DNA from: Nymphaea colorata
Taxonomy: Eukaryota
Direction of reading: 5' to 3'
DNA length: 64,000 nucleotides
Assembly (NCBI RefSeq): GCF_008831285.2
Contig: NC_045138.2
Coordinates: forward strand, 5,890,001-5,954,000
Position 1 is the first letter of the stretch, and every line of letters begins with the position of its first letter. A program made the translations under genes and the position numbers. The notes beneath the pieces are model-generated. The model did not search any database and was not told the DNA's origin. It saw only the letters and a program-made list of their open reading frames with translations. Below are positions 12,050 to 24,212 of this stretch, piece by piece.

Positions 12050-12745
12050 TAGAGTTTGAAGATGGATTTCCAGACCTTTGAAACCTGGGGCAAGAGAAGA
12101 GGACCCGCCAGCCCATGAGATCTGATTGTCTTTAGCATCACTTTGCATTGACTACTTGCATACGATAGGTTACAAGAAAAGGTAGAGAAGAATCAAGAAC
12201 AGGGGATGGAGTTCCCTGAATAACCGGTATACCTGGTTCAGCATCTTCCATGGATGCCCTTTTTGTCTCAATCAGGTCTGAATCAACTGCATCTGTAATC
12301 ACCATCTCCATCGCTTCCCTTTCATGTTGATCAACAATTGTCAAATGGGTCTTTTCATTAAAGGAGATGATGGTGTACTCAAACCAAGAGGTTTAACGCT
12401 TGAATCAGTAGATTGAATAGGCGTACAAACCTTCTTCAAGTAAACTCTTCCCTTGTACACGATTTCCATTATTAGAATTGACAACACCATGGCCAGGCCC
12501 TTCTTTCCTATTACATTTTGAAAATTTTACATCTGACCAACTGACCTTTTTGGGTTCCTCCATATCCAGGCCTTTCATCTCTGCTTGCAAAAACCTGCAT
12601 TGACGGGTCATGTTGGTGGTAACCTTGCAGACAGAGCAATACTTACAATTTTCCTAGATAATCTCTTATAGAGAGACCTGGCTTTCTCCCAATCTGATCT
12701 CCACGACAGGCTTGGGAGCAAAATTTAAGAGGACGTCAAGAAATC
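12050..12745 (-). mobile_element. Probable decayed LINE ORF1 (DUF4283 / zinc-knuckle type) fragment
   Basis: GHAR*FLDV..PKPVVEIRLG..V followed by YCSVCKVTTNMTRQC, a degenerate CX2CX4HX4C knuckle; several stops. Confidence 0.45.
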
Positions 12746-13644
12746 AGCGAGCATGCCCTAGGAATGAGGGTTTTTGTATGTGCGTCTCTTTCCAACTGTT
12801 CTCCAAAGGCTCAGCAATATTCTGAATATCAGCTGATGGCAGACCTCCCCATCTTCCCCTTCCCCCATTTCAACCTCGTTGGAACCATCGAGTTTTTCTC
12901 TGCGGGCGACTGCGACGCAATGTGAAGATCCTGAAAGCCTCTTTCGACTTCGTCGGAGCCTGGGACTCCTGACTAGTGGACTTCCCCTTTGCCCCCTCTC
13001 GTCCTTGCAGGAACCAGCAGGAAACTTTTCCTTGTCTTCCACTTTCCCTCCAGTTTCGATCTCATGAGTGTTTGGAGAACCAGACTGCGGAAGAGGCCGT
13101 CGACAACCTCCCACCAGATACCACAATAACAGTACAGAAAGAAGGGAACAGGCCGTTGGACCCAGTCATCTTCATTTGTTTCATTTGGTTTTCGAGTCTG
13201 TGAACTTGCTGCTGCTGCAGCCTGCATAAGAATACAACAGATGCAAATAAGAAGTAACAAATAGTGTTCGGATGTGGTAAACCTTGGCAAACTAGGTGCG
13301 AATCTGGCTACTCATCTCATCCTTGCACAAGTGAAGCCAGACCTCAAATTAGGTGAGGGTCCTTCGCCCTTTTCTGGAAATTTTTAAACTCCATCGTCCT
13401 CCCCACCATCCATCGTCTAATCCTTCGCACATGTGAAGCCAGATTGCAAATTGAAGGTTTTGTAAATAATTTCAATTTTGGAAGTCATCTTAAAAAATTC
13501 AGATAATAAGTTGCATTAGATCCTTGTTTTTTTGTTTGATTGATTGTTGAGTCACAGCACTACTAATTGAAGAATGTCATGGTTGACACAATGGGGCATG
13601 AAGCCTGATAAGAACTACACTATTAAAATGAAGGAAATCTGTCT

Positions 13645-14235
13645 TGCATTGTGAATATGAGTGTAAGTCCGGCCTACAATTTGATTTTCATTGACGCTAC
13701 TTATCTGGACTACAAAGTGGTGGCATACATTACTTTTAGAGTTGAATGAAGTAATATTATAAGCAGCCCAACACCTTGGACGCAAAGGGAAGGGGGAAGG
13801 CTTCTACCTCTTTAAGGTATCCCACCCCAGTCTTCTATCTTTGTTAAAAGTTGTTGTTCATTGCTTTGGCCTGATTACAATTCATCTTCTTGAAGCACAA
13901 TCATCCACTTGCCGTACCATAAATAATGTTTTCCTCAGTCTCTTTATTCTTCTATAGTGATGGTGAAGAGACCTTGGATGCTAGTAGCTAGTCGTGAGAT
14001 TTGTTATGTTTCCTTCTTCATGATTTGTGTATAAGTTAGCTCCTAGTCATAGTCACCTTCTCTGGCTTTTAGCTCTCAAGGTAACTTGCCAATAATGGAC
14101 AATTGCAAGCATTAATTTTAATTGACCACCTAAGCAGGCTACTCCAACTGATGTCTGCCTTGTGTACAACCTTAAAAGTAACCTTCAACTTAAGAGTTCT
14201 ATGGCTACGTTTAAATCTTTTGTGGATTGTCTTCC
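13645..14235. repeat. Locally repeated low-copy module (copy 2)
   Basis: Aligns with 8270-8800 and, like that copy, is followed directly by a CT-rich array. Confidence 0.8.
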
Positions 14236-14528
14236 TTTGATTTCTTTCTTATAATCTTTCTCTCTTCTTTATTAATCTTCCTTTACTTTTCTCATTCTCT
14301 CTCTTTGATTTCTCTCTTAAAATCTCATTTTTTCTCTCTTTTATTAATCTATTTCTCTTTTCAGTTTCTCCCTCTCTACCTCTCTCTTTTTCTTGTCTGT
14401 TTCTCTTTTTCTTCCATTTCTCTTTTAAATTCTTTCCCTCTTTTATATATTAATCTATGTTTATCTCGCTTTGATTTCTCTTTTAAATATATTTTTCTCT
14501 CTCGTTTATTAATTGCTCTCTCTCCTTG

Positions 14529-14563
<35 letters not shown>

Positions 14564-15649
14564 CTCTCTTAAAACATCTTTCTCTCTCTTTTCCGTTTCT
14601 TTTTTAAAATATGTCTTTTCCTCTCTCTCTCTCTATCTCTCTCTTCTCAATTTCTCTTTTAAAATTTATCTCTTTCACTTCCTTTGTTAACCGCACTCTC
14701 TTTTTGATTTCGCTTTCTGATATCTGTTTTGAAATCTCCTTTTTGTCCAATTTTATTGATCTCTCGCTCTTTGATTTCTGTCTTTAAAGTATTTTTTTTC
14801 TCTTTTATTAACCTTCTCTAATTTCTCTATTAAAATCTCTCTTCGTCTCTCTTTTATCAATCTCTTTCTACTTAATTTTCCTCTTAAATTATTTATTTTT
14901 CTCTCTTCTCTTAATCTCTCTCTAATCTCTCTTTTAAACCTCTTTCTCTCTCCTTTGTCAATCTCCATCTCTCTATCTTTTCAATTTTTTCTCTCTCATG
15001 AATCTCTCTCTCTCTCTCTTCTAATTTTCTCTTCAAGCCTTTTTTTTTCTCTTTTCTTTTAATAAATCTCCCTCTCTTTTAGATTTCTTTCTTAAAATAT
15101 ATTCTTCTGTCTATTATTAATTTGCTCTTTGATTTCTTTCTTAAACTTCTGTCTCTTGCTAATTCGCTGTTTAATTTCTTTCTTAAAATCTATCTTTTTC
15201 TCCCGTTTATTAATCTCTATTTGCTGCTCTCATACCTCTTTCTCTTTGATTTCTCTCTTAACATCTCTGCTACTTACTCTTTTATTTTTAAACCACAACT
15301 TTAACCATATTCTTTTCTTCATTCTCTTGATAATCACTTATTGACCATTCTATTAGTATCTCAAAAGTGTATTTTCTTTGAGAAGTACATCATCGATATG
15401 ATTGAAATATAACAAGAGAACGAAAAAAGCTACTTTCATCAACTTCTTCTAGAATAGGCTATTCTTCCTCATAGTTTGGGTCCATAACGATTGGAAGGGT
15501 TTTTTTCTTCTGTAGACTCTTTCTCTTCAATTACTTTCTCTTTCTTTAAATCTCTCTTAAAATGTCCCTTTCTATATTTTATTAATTTTTCTCTCACTTC
15601 ATTTTCTCTATTTTTCTCTCTCCCCCCTCAATTTATCTCTAGCTTTTAA

Positions 15650-15696
<47 letters not shown>

Positions 15697-16210
15697 CATA
15701 TATATCTTTAATTCATCTATTAATTTTTTTTCTCTCTTTGATGCTCTTTCTCATTTCCTCTCTCTCTCTCTCTCTTTGATATTCTTCTTCGATTTATTTT
15801 TTAAAATTTTTTCTTTCTTTTATTAATGTCTCTCTCTCTCTTCTATGTTTCTATGAAAATATATTTTTCTCTCTCGTTTATTACATTTTCTCTTCGATCT
15901 CTTTCTCTTTTCATGGATTTCTCTCGTAAAATCTCTCATTCTTTCTCTTTTATTAATCTCTTTTATTAATCTCTGCCTCTCCCCCTCTTTCTTCAATGTC
16001 TTTCTTAAAATTTCTTTTTTCATCGTTCTTATTGATTCCCCTCATACTCTCTCTTCGATTTATCTCTCCTCTTTAAATCTGTTTCTCTTTAATTTCTCTC
16101 TTTAATTATTTTGTCTCACTTTCATTAGTCTCTCTTCATCTATCTCTTCTATTTCACTCCTAAAATCTCTCTTCCCCTCTCTCACTCAGTCACTCACTCA
16201 CTTTCTCTTT
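14235..16210 (+). repeat. CT-rich arrays with conserved tail at 15290-15510 (copy 3) and (AT)n tracts
   Basis: Same motifs as copies 1 and 2; 14235-15510 is collinear with 8800-10110 but lacks the 9194-9436 MITE. Confidence 0.8.
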
Positions 16211-16244
16211 CACTAGCTCTCTTTCGATGTCGTTTTTAAATTTT

Positions 16245-17170
16245 CTTTCTTGCTTTTACTACTATCTATGTTTTTTCGGATTTGAGTACAAACAAAAAAA
16301 GTCATATCCAAATCTGAACTAAAAATCTGAATCTGTTTTTTACATTCATATTTGAATTTTGATTGTGAACTTTGAACCAAATTTGTTCGATTTTTTAAAT
16401 TTAAGAGCATTAGATATAAGTTTTTTTTAAATAAATGTGATCCAAATTTATGTATATCCGAATCCGATCTGATTTCTTAATTGGATATTCAATTTGTTTC
16501 CATATTTGATTTTTTTCGGAATAGTTTGAATTGTAGAATCAGAATTCTTATTTTTGATGATAGGGGAATTATATTATCAGATGAAGAATTTTGATTTGAG
16601 AATTTTGGGATCGTTGTAGAATCTTGTGATTGTATCTTAGGAGGTGGAATTATGATTTCAGATTTTTTTCATTTTTCCGTAGGGTAATCAATTATGGAAT
16701 TTTAATTTCTCTTTTATCAAACACATCATTTCCAATTCTAAAATCAAAATTTCATATTATTAAACACAAAGGAGAATTAGAAGTGGAATTTTCATTTGGA
16801 TTCCAGATTGCGGTAGAATTTTGTTTTTACAATTTCAATTATAAAATTAACATTCAGGGCATTCAAACACCCTCTAATAGAACCATAGTTCCGTCGCGAT
16901 ATCCGTCGCGATATCATAAACCATGGCTAGTATCAATCTAATGACTATATATAATTTTTTAGCAATACTTTTTAAATTAAGTTTAAAAAATCAGCAGGAT
17001 GGGTTGACAGGTAGTAAGTGACAATATTTTGGTTTATAGTGCTGGTATTGATAAGGGGGAGAGAAAGAGACAAAAGAGCCAACGGAATGCAAAAAGATGA
17101 ATATTTAACCATAACGACACCGATTTTAAAAAACCACACACATTTCAGACAATTTAAAATGAAGTGAAAA
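16245..17170 (-). repeat. 3' flank of the NLR including decayed MITE sequence; inverted homologue of 27590-28660
   Basis: For example, AAAACCACACACATTTCAGACAATTTAAAATG (~17130-17161) is the reverse complement of CATTTTAAATTGTCTGAAATATGTGTGGTTTT (27601-27632); ATCCGAAT-type MITE motifs at 16300-16520. Confidence 0.8.
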
Positions 17171-17208
17171 GCTTCAGTAACATCATATAGCAACACTAAT
17201 CATCGTTG

Positions 17209-20200
17209 CTATAATGCTAATCTCCTTCCAAGACGGTCTCTTAACTCCTGCGGTAGATCGAGTGCAGGGCAACTGTAAATACCTAAGTGTTCAAGCTTCA
17301 AGAGGCAGGTAATCTGTTGCTTTGCATCAGTAGGACATGTTGTTTCATTTTGTTGGAAAGTAATATTATTGACGTCCATCAGAGACTTGAGATTGGGGAA
17401 GTCATAAAGCCGTAGTTCTTTCAGTTTCGGGAGGCATAACCAGTGGCCTCCCAAGCTAATGTCATCAGTGAAACGGCGTAGGCACAATTCCTCCAGTTGG
17501 GAGAGAGCCCACACCCAGTCAGGCACCTTTCCCCATTTGAGATCTCCAGTTTTGTTGTCCTTCAAGGTCAGAGACTTGAGGGAGGGTAGAAATGTTGATA
17601 CCTCCAATGGCAATGGCGATGGCAGTGTTGATTCCAAAGCTGCTCTATCTAGTTCCAAGTAAATGAGGTTAGGCATGTGATTAAGCAATTTCCATCCCAA
17701 TCTTGCACTTGGGCAATTCGTCACTCTCAGAGTTTGGAGCCCTTTCAACTCATCAATCATGCCTTGTGTCTGCATTTGTGGACATTTGTAAAAATACGCC
17801 TCTCTTAGGCATGACATAGAAGTAAATGTTGTTTCCCCTGTTCCAGCTGCTGGCCACCCCTCCCAGTTGGCCAATCTATCCATTGTCAGTATCTTAAGTG
17901 AAGGAAGGCGAGTAGGGACCTGCTTCAGAGCATTACAAGCTCTCACAGCCAGCGACTCCAAGGCAGGCATGCTAGCGAGAGCCTTCAGCCCATTACATCC
18001 GTACACACTCAATGACCTGAGTGCAGGCATCTCAACTACTTGCTCTATGCTGCCACATTCAGACACGTTCAAGGACTCCAAGGCCGGCATATTAGCAAGA
18101 GTCTTCAGCTTACATTCGTACACCCTTAGTGACCTCAGTGCAGACATCTCAGCTGCTTGCTCTAGGCTGCCACATTCATCCACCTGCAAAGACTCCAAGG
18201 TCGGCATATTAGCAAGAGTCTGCAGCATATTACATCTGCCCACCTCCAATGACCTCAGTGCAGGCATCTCAGCAACTTGCTCTAGGCTGTCACAATCTCT
18301 CGCCACCAATGACTCCAAGGCCGGAATATTAGCAAGAGTCTTCAGCATATTGCATCTGTACATCCACAGTGACATGAGTGCAGGCATCTCAGCTACTTGC
18401 TCGAGGCTGCCACAATAGTTTAGCTTCAACGACTCCAAGGCCGGCATATTAGCAAGACTTTTCAGCATATTACATCCGTCCACCCACAAGTTCTTCAGCA
18501 GAGGCATGCTTGGCAATTCACACAATGTTGGGCAGGCGCTGACCTCCAATTGTTCCAATGATTTAATTCCTATCACTGTTGCCAACAATGGGCAACGTCG
18601 CAGCTGTAGTGTCCGCAGCTCCACATAGTTGGTGGTGTCCAAAAACCACGCAGGCCTATCTCCTTCATAATCACAAATTCTCAACCTCTCTATGCCATGT
18701 GGAGGTTCCAAAGCATCCAGCAAACTCCTCTGTTCAGAAGCACTATCCACTTTGTCTTCCTCTCCCACCTTGAAGTTTAATTCTACACCATTTAGCTCAT
18801 GCTTCTCATTAAGTTGTGCTTTCTCTGCGTCAATTACTTTCACCCTTCCCCCACCCAAACCTTCTATTAACAATTCCCCTTTCAGTTTGTTCAAGTTTTC
18901 TAGTTCCCTAATATTGCATCCTCTTGTGTCCCCTTTGTCATCGCATACAAGAAACTTATGCAGGGTCCGTAAATTGGTAAGCTTCCCCAAGCCTTCAGCT
19001 ATAAATTCCAAACACCTTGTTCCTTTCAGCCCAAGATACCTCAAGTTGCACAGTTCGCCCATTTCCTTGGGCAACTCTTTAATTTCACTATAACTTAAAT
19101 CTAGTGTTTGCAAGTTCCATAGTCTACCGATTGAACTGGGCAACCGTTCCACATTAGAAGAGCATAGATCAAGATATTTTAGAAGTGAAAGACATTCGAA
19201 AGAGTTCGGTAGCTTATCCATCTGACATCCCATCAATGACAACACCCTCAACCACTTGAAATTTGTGAATTCAACCGAAGACAAGTATTTACTCAACAAT
19301 GTCCGCACCTTGTGTGCTGCTGCTGAGGCCTTATATTGCATGGCCACTTTTGCATCGTCTGCACCAAGTAATGACAGATGGCGGGTGTGCTCAGAAGCAG
19401 AGGCATGGCTATATTCCTTTCCACCTATATACGAGGCAAGGTCATGCAAAATGTCATGCAATTTGATTTCCTTATATTCAGTTTCTTCAAACAAACACCG
19501 ATTTATCAAATCATCAATATATTTATTTGCTGTCTCTTCCACATCAGTGCCTTTCTTTTGGTCAATCAATCCATGTGCCACCCATTGCTTGACCAAACTC
19601 CCCTTTTCAATTTCATAATCCTTTGGATAAATGCAGCAATACACAAAACAACTCTTCAAATCATGTGGCAAGTCATCATAGCTCAGCATGAGACCAGGAA
19701 GAATGCTACCATATATTTCAGAAGATGGTGATGAGGCAGGCATCTTCCATTCCCATATCTCACTCTTCTCAACGCTTTCCCAGACAGCTTTCGTCATCCT
19801 TTTTGTACGCATTAAGGACCCTACTGTTTGGACTACAAGCGGCAACCCACCACACTTGGCCACTATCCTCTCCCCAATACCTTTCAAATTGTAACTCACC
19901 AACTCATTTTCATCTTTCCATGCCACATCCAGAAACAAGCTCCAACTTTCCTCGAAAGTCATTTCTGGTAATTTATGCATTTTAGCACCAATCCATTGGG
20001 AGACTTCAACCTTTCTACTAGTGATCAAAATCTTGCTCTCCTTTGCACCTCCCATCAGGGTGTCCTCTACCTCTCCCCTCCACCAACCTAATTCCCACAC
20101 ATCATCTAAGACCAACAAAAACTTGCTCTTCGAGAGCTCACTTTGTAATTGTGTACACAAGGCAGTCAAAGCGGTACCCTCAAGTTCTCTTTCCGATCTC

Positions 20201-21009
20201 TGGCATACTTCCTTTACTATCTTTCGCAGCAAACCCATACGGGTTGGCTTCTCTGAAACACAAACCCACCACCTATGTTTCCCAAACTGTTCTTCGGCTT
20301 CCTTAAAAACCATTTTTGCAAGAGTAGTTTTCCCAATCCCACCTTGACCTACAATAGATACAATAGAAACACCACAACTTCCTAGGACACTATTCTCTGT
20401 AGAGCCATCAAGCAAGAGTTTTTTTACTGTCTCCTTATCGTTCACCCTGCCTATGGGTGGTTGGGCAGTACTTATGTGATGGGTTGTCTCTCTAGGATTG
20501 TTATGTTCATCACCAATAGGACCCTCACCACTACTCTGTTTTGGTGTCCTGTTGAGCAAATCTACCATTTTACTATCGTTTTCTATTCCATCAAGCCTTT
20601 GGTTTATGTATTTAATTTCTTTGCCAAGTTGGTAAGAAGCAGATACATGTTCTTTAAAGCAAGAGCACAGAGTGATCCAGGGATTTCTTACCTTGTTCAA
20701 TGAAGTCATAGAATCCTTCTCCCTTTTGCTGAGGTCAACCATGTTTTGGTATTCTTCGATGATGTCCTGGGCATCATAGAAAATGTCCTTCAGCTCTATC
20801 TCTAGATCTCTATCACGCTCATTACTGAAAAAGGGCTTGCAATCTGCTGCTTTGAGGGCTTTCTGCAACCGTTCCAGCTTCCTATTGAGCCTTTTGAGAT
20901 CGTCTTTGGCATTCCGTATGAGGTCCACCTTCTCTTTCAATAAAGTGGTTACAGCCCCCAACAGATTAGAAATAGCTGTTTCTGCAAGTGTGTCGATTAC
21001 TATTACCAT
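17209..21009 (-). CDS. CC-NB-ARC-LRR (CNL) disease-resistance protein, 1266 aa, single coding exon
   Basis: Uninterrupted ORF; first ATG at 21009 (MVIVIDTLAETA). Rx-type CC with EDVID-like DAQDIIEEY; P-loop GQGGIGKTT; kinase-2 LLVLDDVW; RNBS-B SKILITSR; CGGLPLV; RNBS-D CFVYCCIYP; MHD-like LHD; LRRs. Confidence 0.96.
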   Translation of the reverse strand: MVIVIDTLAETAISNLLGAVTTLLKEKVDLIRNAKDDLKRLNRKLERLQKALKAADCKPFFSNERDRDLEIELKDIFYDAQDIIEEYQNMVDLSKREKDSMTSLNKVRNPWITLCSCFKEHVSASYQLGKEIKYINQRLDGIENDSKMVDLLNRTPKQSSGEGPIGDEHNNPRETTHHISTAQPPIGRVNDKETVKKLLLDGSTENSVLGSCGVSIVSIVGQGGIGKTTLAKMVFKEAEEQFGKHRWWVCVSEKPTRMGLLRKIVKEVCQRSERELEGTALTALCTQLQSELSKSKFLLVLDDVWELGWWRGEVEDTLMGGAKESKILITSRKVEVSQWIGAKMHKLPEMTFEESWSLFLDVAWKDENELVSYNLKGIGERIVAKCGGLPLVVQTVGSLMRTKRMTKAVWESVEKSEIWEWKMPASSPSSEIYGSILPGLMLSYDDLPHDLKSCFVYCCIYPKDYEIEKGSLVKQWVAHGLIDQKKGTDVEETANKYIDDLINRCLFEETEYKEIKLHDILHDLASYIGGKEYSHASASEHTRHLSLLGADDAKVAMQYKASAAAHKVRTLLSKYLSSVEFTNFKWLRVLSLMGCQMDKLPNSFECLSLLKYLDLCSSNVERLPSSIGRLWNLQTLDLSYSEIKELPKEMGELCNLRYLGLKGTRCLEFIAEGLGKLTNLRTLHKFLVCDDKGDTRGCNIRELENLNKLKGELLIEGLGGGRVKVIDAEKAQLNEKHELNGVELNFKVGEEDKVDSASEQRSLLDALEPPHGIERLRICDYEGDRPAWFLDTTNYVELRTLQLRRCPLLATVIGIKSLEQLEVSACPTLCELPSMPLLKNLWVDGCNMLKSLANMPALESLKLNYCGSLEQVAEMPALMSLWMYRCNMLKTLANIPALESLVARDCDSLEQVAEMPALRSLEVGRCNMLQTLANMPTLESLQVDECGSLEQAAEMSALRSLRVYECKLKTLANMPALESLNVSECGSIEQVVEMPALRSLSVYGCNGLKALASMPALESLAVRACNALKQVPTRLPSLKILTMDRLANWEGWPAAGTGETTFTSMSCLREAYFYKCPQMQTQGMIDELKGLQTLRVTNCPSARLGWKLLNHMPNLIYLELDRAALESTLPSPLPLEVSTFLPSLKSLTLKDNKTGDLKWGKVPDWVWALSQLEELCLRRFTDDISLGGHWLCLPKLKELRLYDFPNLKSLMDVNNITFQQNETTCPTDAKQQITCLLKLEHLGIYSCPALDLPQELRDRLGRRLAL
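17910..18507 (-). repeat. Coding tandem repeat in the LRR: ten ~60-bp (20-aa) units in a 120-bp A/B super-repeat
   Basis: GACTCCAAGG recurs at 18191, 18311 and 18431. Units alternate MPALxSLxVxxCNMLKTLAN and MPALESLxxxxCGSLEQVAE; one unit is 19 aa. Confidence 0.95.
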
Positions 21010-21568
21010 TTTCCCTGGTTTCTCAGGTAAATGGAGCAAGAGGAAGAGAAACAATTTTCAAGTGGTGGGAAGAAAGGCAAATAGCTAAAAGAGAAACACC
21101 ATGCTGGCACAATTACTCTTGACAACTACCTCCACCATGCAACAGCTCTCTTCTTCGTTTAATTTATGCTACATGTCAGCAAGTGGGTTTAATGTAATAA
21201 TATATCCAGCCCCTGGTATCCACGTTCTTTCATTAGTTTCAGAGGCGGCTCTTTCTCCCATACAGACTAGCTACATTCAAATTGCTGCTTCTTTTTCCTC
21301 CAATTCTAGATGTTTATGCCATTCACCTTAATTTTCCCATTTGCAATAGTGTGACCTGTTTTTTTTCTTCAATCCGGTGAAACATGCTTATAATATTGGA
21401 GCACATAGCAAAAATATTCAATTATACATATTTTTATTAAGTAGAGCTAAAGAAGAAATTAAATTAGTTATATTTAGTTGCTGCTGAATAAATCTAGTGG
21501 AATTGGAAAGATCCCTAAGCCAAGGCTTCTACATCTCTTAAGAGTTCCCGTTATCAGATTGGCCAGAT

Positions 21569-21570
<2 letters not shown>

Positions 21571-21642
<72 letters not shown>

Positions 21643-21643
21643 A

Positions 21644-21692
<49 letters not shown>
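21571..21692. repeat. Compound (AT)n(AG)n microsatellite upstream of the NLR
   Basis: About 34 AT units followed by an interrupted AG tract. Confidence 0.95.
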
Positions 21693-21693
<1 letters not shown>

Positions 21694-22149
21694 CATAACA
21701 TTACTAAAAACACTTGGCCAACGATAGTTGAACCAAGGGAACAATTATTTATGTCTGTAAACACATCAGAAGTTTATAGACCTATCAGTAGACATCGGAA
21801 GTTTAACCTACAGCTGGTCTCCCTCTTTCTTTAATTTCTACTTGCTGATTTGATAAGAAAGATTAATAAACCTTTCAGTGGGCATCGTAACTTTAATCTG
21901 CCCACCGCTTAGCTTTGACTGTCGTGAGACCATGTGCTCTACAGGAACACATGATAAATAGTACTTGCTGATGAATTTTTTTAGTGAGTTTTATTAAAGA
22001 GAAAGGTTGTTTGTTTACAATCTTGTTGATATACAAAATCATCAGCGGAAGAAGGGAGATTTGTTTTGAACTGATCTTGGAAGCCTGTGCCCTTCACAAA
22101 CGAAATAGAACATAAAGACATTCATTTTACTCAGCTTGAAGGCCTATAT

Positions 22150-22705
22150 TCTTGAGATGATTGGTCACCCTTCACAGCCAATGGCCATATAAACATAAGA
22201 ATTTGTAAAGACACTGTTAGAGGATGTTAGCACCTAAGCAAATGTAGGAGATCAAGGGAAAATTGTCATGATCACTTTAGCTCAACCTCTTGGGATTCTT
22301 ATTGCATAGTAATGGGTCTATTCCTGTGACACAGATTCAATATTCTTCATTTGTGCATATTGAGGTTTAACCTTTTTAGATAACTCATCACTATCTTGAA
22401 TGCTGACCACCCCATTTCTCTGCCCACTTGTTTCCTGTTTTCATTAATGCTGAGAGTTATTGTTGCTGTGGTCCTTAACTTTCTACTACACTAGGCATTG
22501 TGAAATATGTGTGTGCAGTCATCAGTCCGGTTCTTATTGACGCTAATGTTCGGGACAGCAAGAGGTGACGCATACTACTTTTGAGTTGCTAAGTTTACCC
22601 ACGTCCCCAAGCAGCTCTGGACCTTAGAGGCAGAGAGGGAAGGAGGCCAGAGGTAGCCAGTCAGAAAAGAAATTAAATCAGGGGCCAATTTCATGCATTG
22701 CTAAT
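22150..22705. repeat. Locally repeated low-copy module (copy 3), ~1.1-1.7 kb upstream of the NLR ATG
   Basis: Aligns with 7980-8400, then with the AAATTAAATCA.GGGCCAATTTCA block at ~8655-8690. Confidence 0.75.
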
Positions 22706-22760
22706 AGTCTTGTACATCACATGTTAGGGCCAGTGGGAAGTGGGTGTAGCCCTTTTTCGC

Positions 22761-22934
22761 CAGGGGCGGAGGGAGGGGGGGGCCGCCTAGGCCATGGCCC
22801 CACCCTGGTAAAATGAAAAAAAAAATTTACATTGAAAAAAAAATTATTTTTTAATCACTCTATGTATTTTTAGATTTAAATTTAGTTTGGCCCTACCCAG
22901 ATCCAGAGGTTGGACTGCTCTGGCTCCGCCACTG
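22761..22934. mobile_element. hAT-type MITE
   Basis: TIR pair CAGGGGCGGA / TCCGCCACTG around an AT-rich core; no clear TSD. Confidence 0.6.
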
Positions 22935-24212
22935 CCCACCACTCTATCTGATCTCTCCCCCTTGGTTTCTTTGTACCACTCTATCTGATCTCTCCCCCTT
23001 GGTTTTTTTGTTCTCTGCTTCCATTTGTTTTCTTCCACACAATCTTTGTAAATCGGTGGAAACTTAAGGAAAGCAATCGTTTGGCAACGCACGCATCCTC
23101 TCTCTCTCTCAAGGGCAGGGCCAGGACTCAATCTTTACCTTCGCATAATATGTTCCTATTTCTTTACGTTCTATTTGCTGATTTTATAAAAAGAATAAAC
23201 CCATCAGCCTGCCATCAGTTAATTTCAGCTAAAGGATGGCAAGATCGATGAAGGGTGCTAAATAAATCCGGAAAAGTCCCTCAACCCCAATCTTTTACGT
23301 TTAGTCACCTAGAGATTTGCCCTTGCTGTTCAAGTTTGTCGGATTCCTTTTTCAAGACTATTTGTTTATCTGATTGAATCATGTAAAAAGTTTGGATGCA
23401 TGCATGAACCTTCGGGAAGCGTATTTATTCAGGCGAGAGTTGATAATTATATTTTGGAAGGACGTTCTTAGTGTCAGCCACCAAAGCACAATGTTTTTTT
23501 TTATTTATTTCTACTTGCTGATTTTTAATTTCTCGTTGTTTAATTTTGACCGTGTTTGTCTCTACAGTTTGGCAAGATCCACGATTGCAGATAAATAAAT
23601 CCGGAAAAATCACCAACCCCAATCTTTCACGTCACCTACAACTTGTATGTCCCGACAATTAAGAAAGGAACATTAGAGGCGAAGTGCGCTTAAGCAGGGT
23701 TAAGCTAATAGAATGTGAAAGATATTAAAATGAAGACGAAAAGAATTCTTTAATCAAGTCCTAACTAGCGAACACCGTGCCAAACATATGTTGCCCGTAG
23801 TGGCACGTGATCGTCACTTTTATAACCGATAATATTCTATTCGAAGCTTTCGTTTTAAATTAATTTCCTTTAAGTAGGAACAAAAAAGCAAGGTTCATGC
23901 AACGAACCACATTGTTATATGTGCTATACCCGTGAGTAGTTGAGCGTGTCTTTTTAGCGAACCTGGTCATATGTGCCAGCAAGATGGTTATTATGATGAA
24001 AATACCCCCAGTTCATACAAGGAAAAATTACACAGAAAAAGAAAACTTATGTTTTTGAAAATCGAAAAAAGTAAAAAAACCAGAAAGGATATTTAAAAAA
24101 AAAATACCAAAATCATCAATAACGTAAAAGCACTTCAACAAAGAACATTCCGGTGATGCTTACAGTGGGCTCGTAGAATAATAATTTAGTAATTGAGAAT
24201 GGTAACCACAAC

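Noticed and set aside
12758..13290. GC-richer stretch with overlapping 105-122 aa ORFs
   Set aside because: No recognisable motif or consistent frame; it may be a gene or TE fragment but I cannot assign it.
17867..18418. 183-aa repetitive ORF antisense to the NLR
   Set aside because: Shadow of the coding tandem repeat on the opposite strand; no independent evidence.
21010..21054. 15 extra N-terminal residues in the ORF track (MFLFLLLHLPEKPGK)
   Set aside because: Starts at a non-ATG codon in a pyrimidine-rich stretch; the first ATG is at 21009.
21474..21764. ORFs with YIYIYI and SLSL runs
   Set aside because: Translation of the (AT)n(AG)n microsatellite.
23660..24010. Possible rRNA-like or organelle-derived insert (GTGCCA motifs, different composition)
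   Set aside because: No extended match to conserved rRNA blocks that I can verify; needs BLAST.
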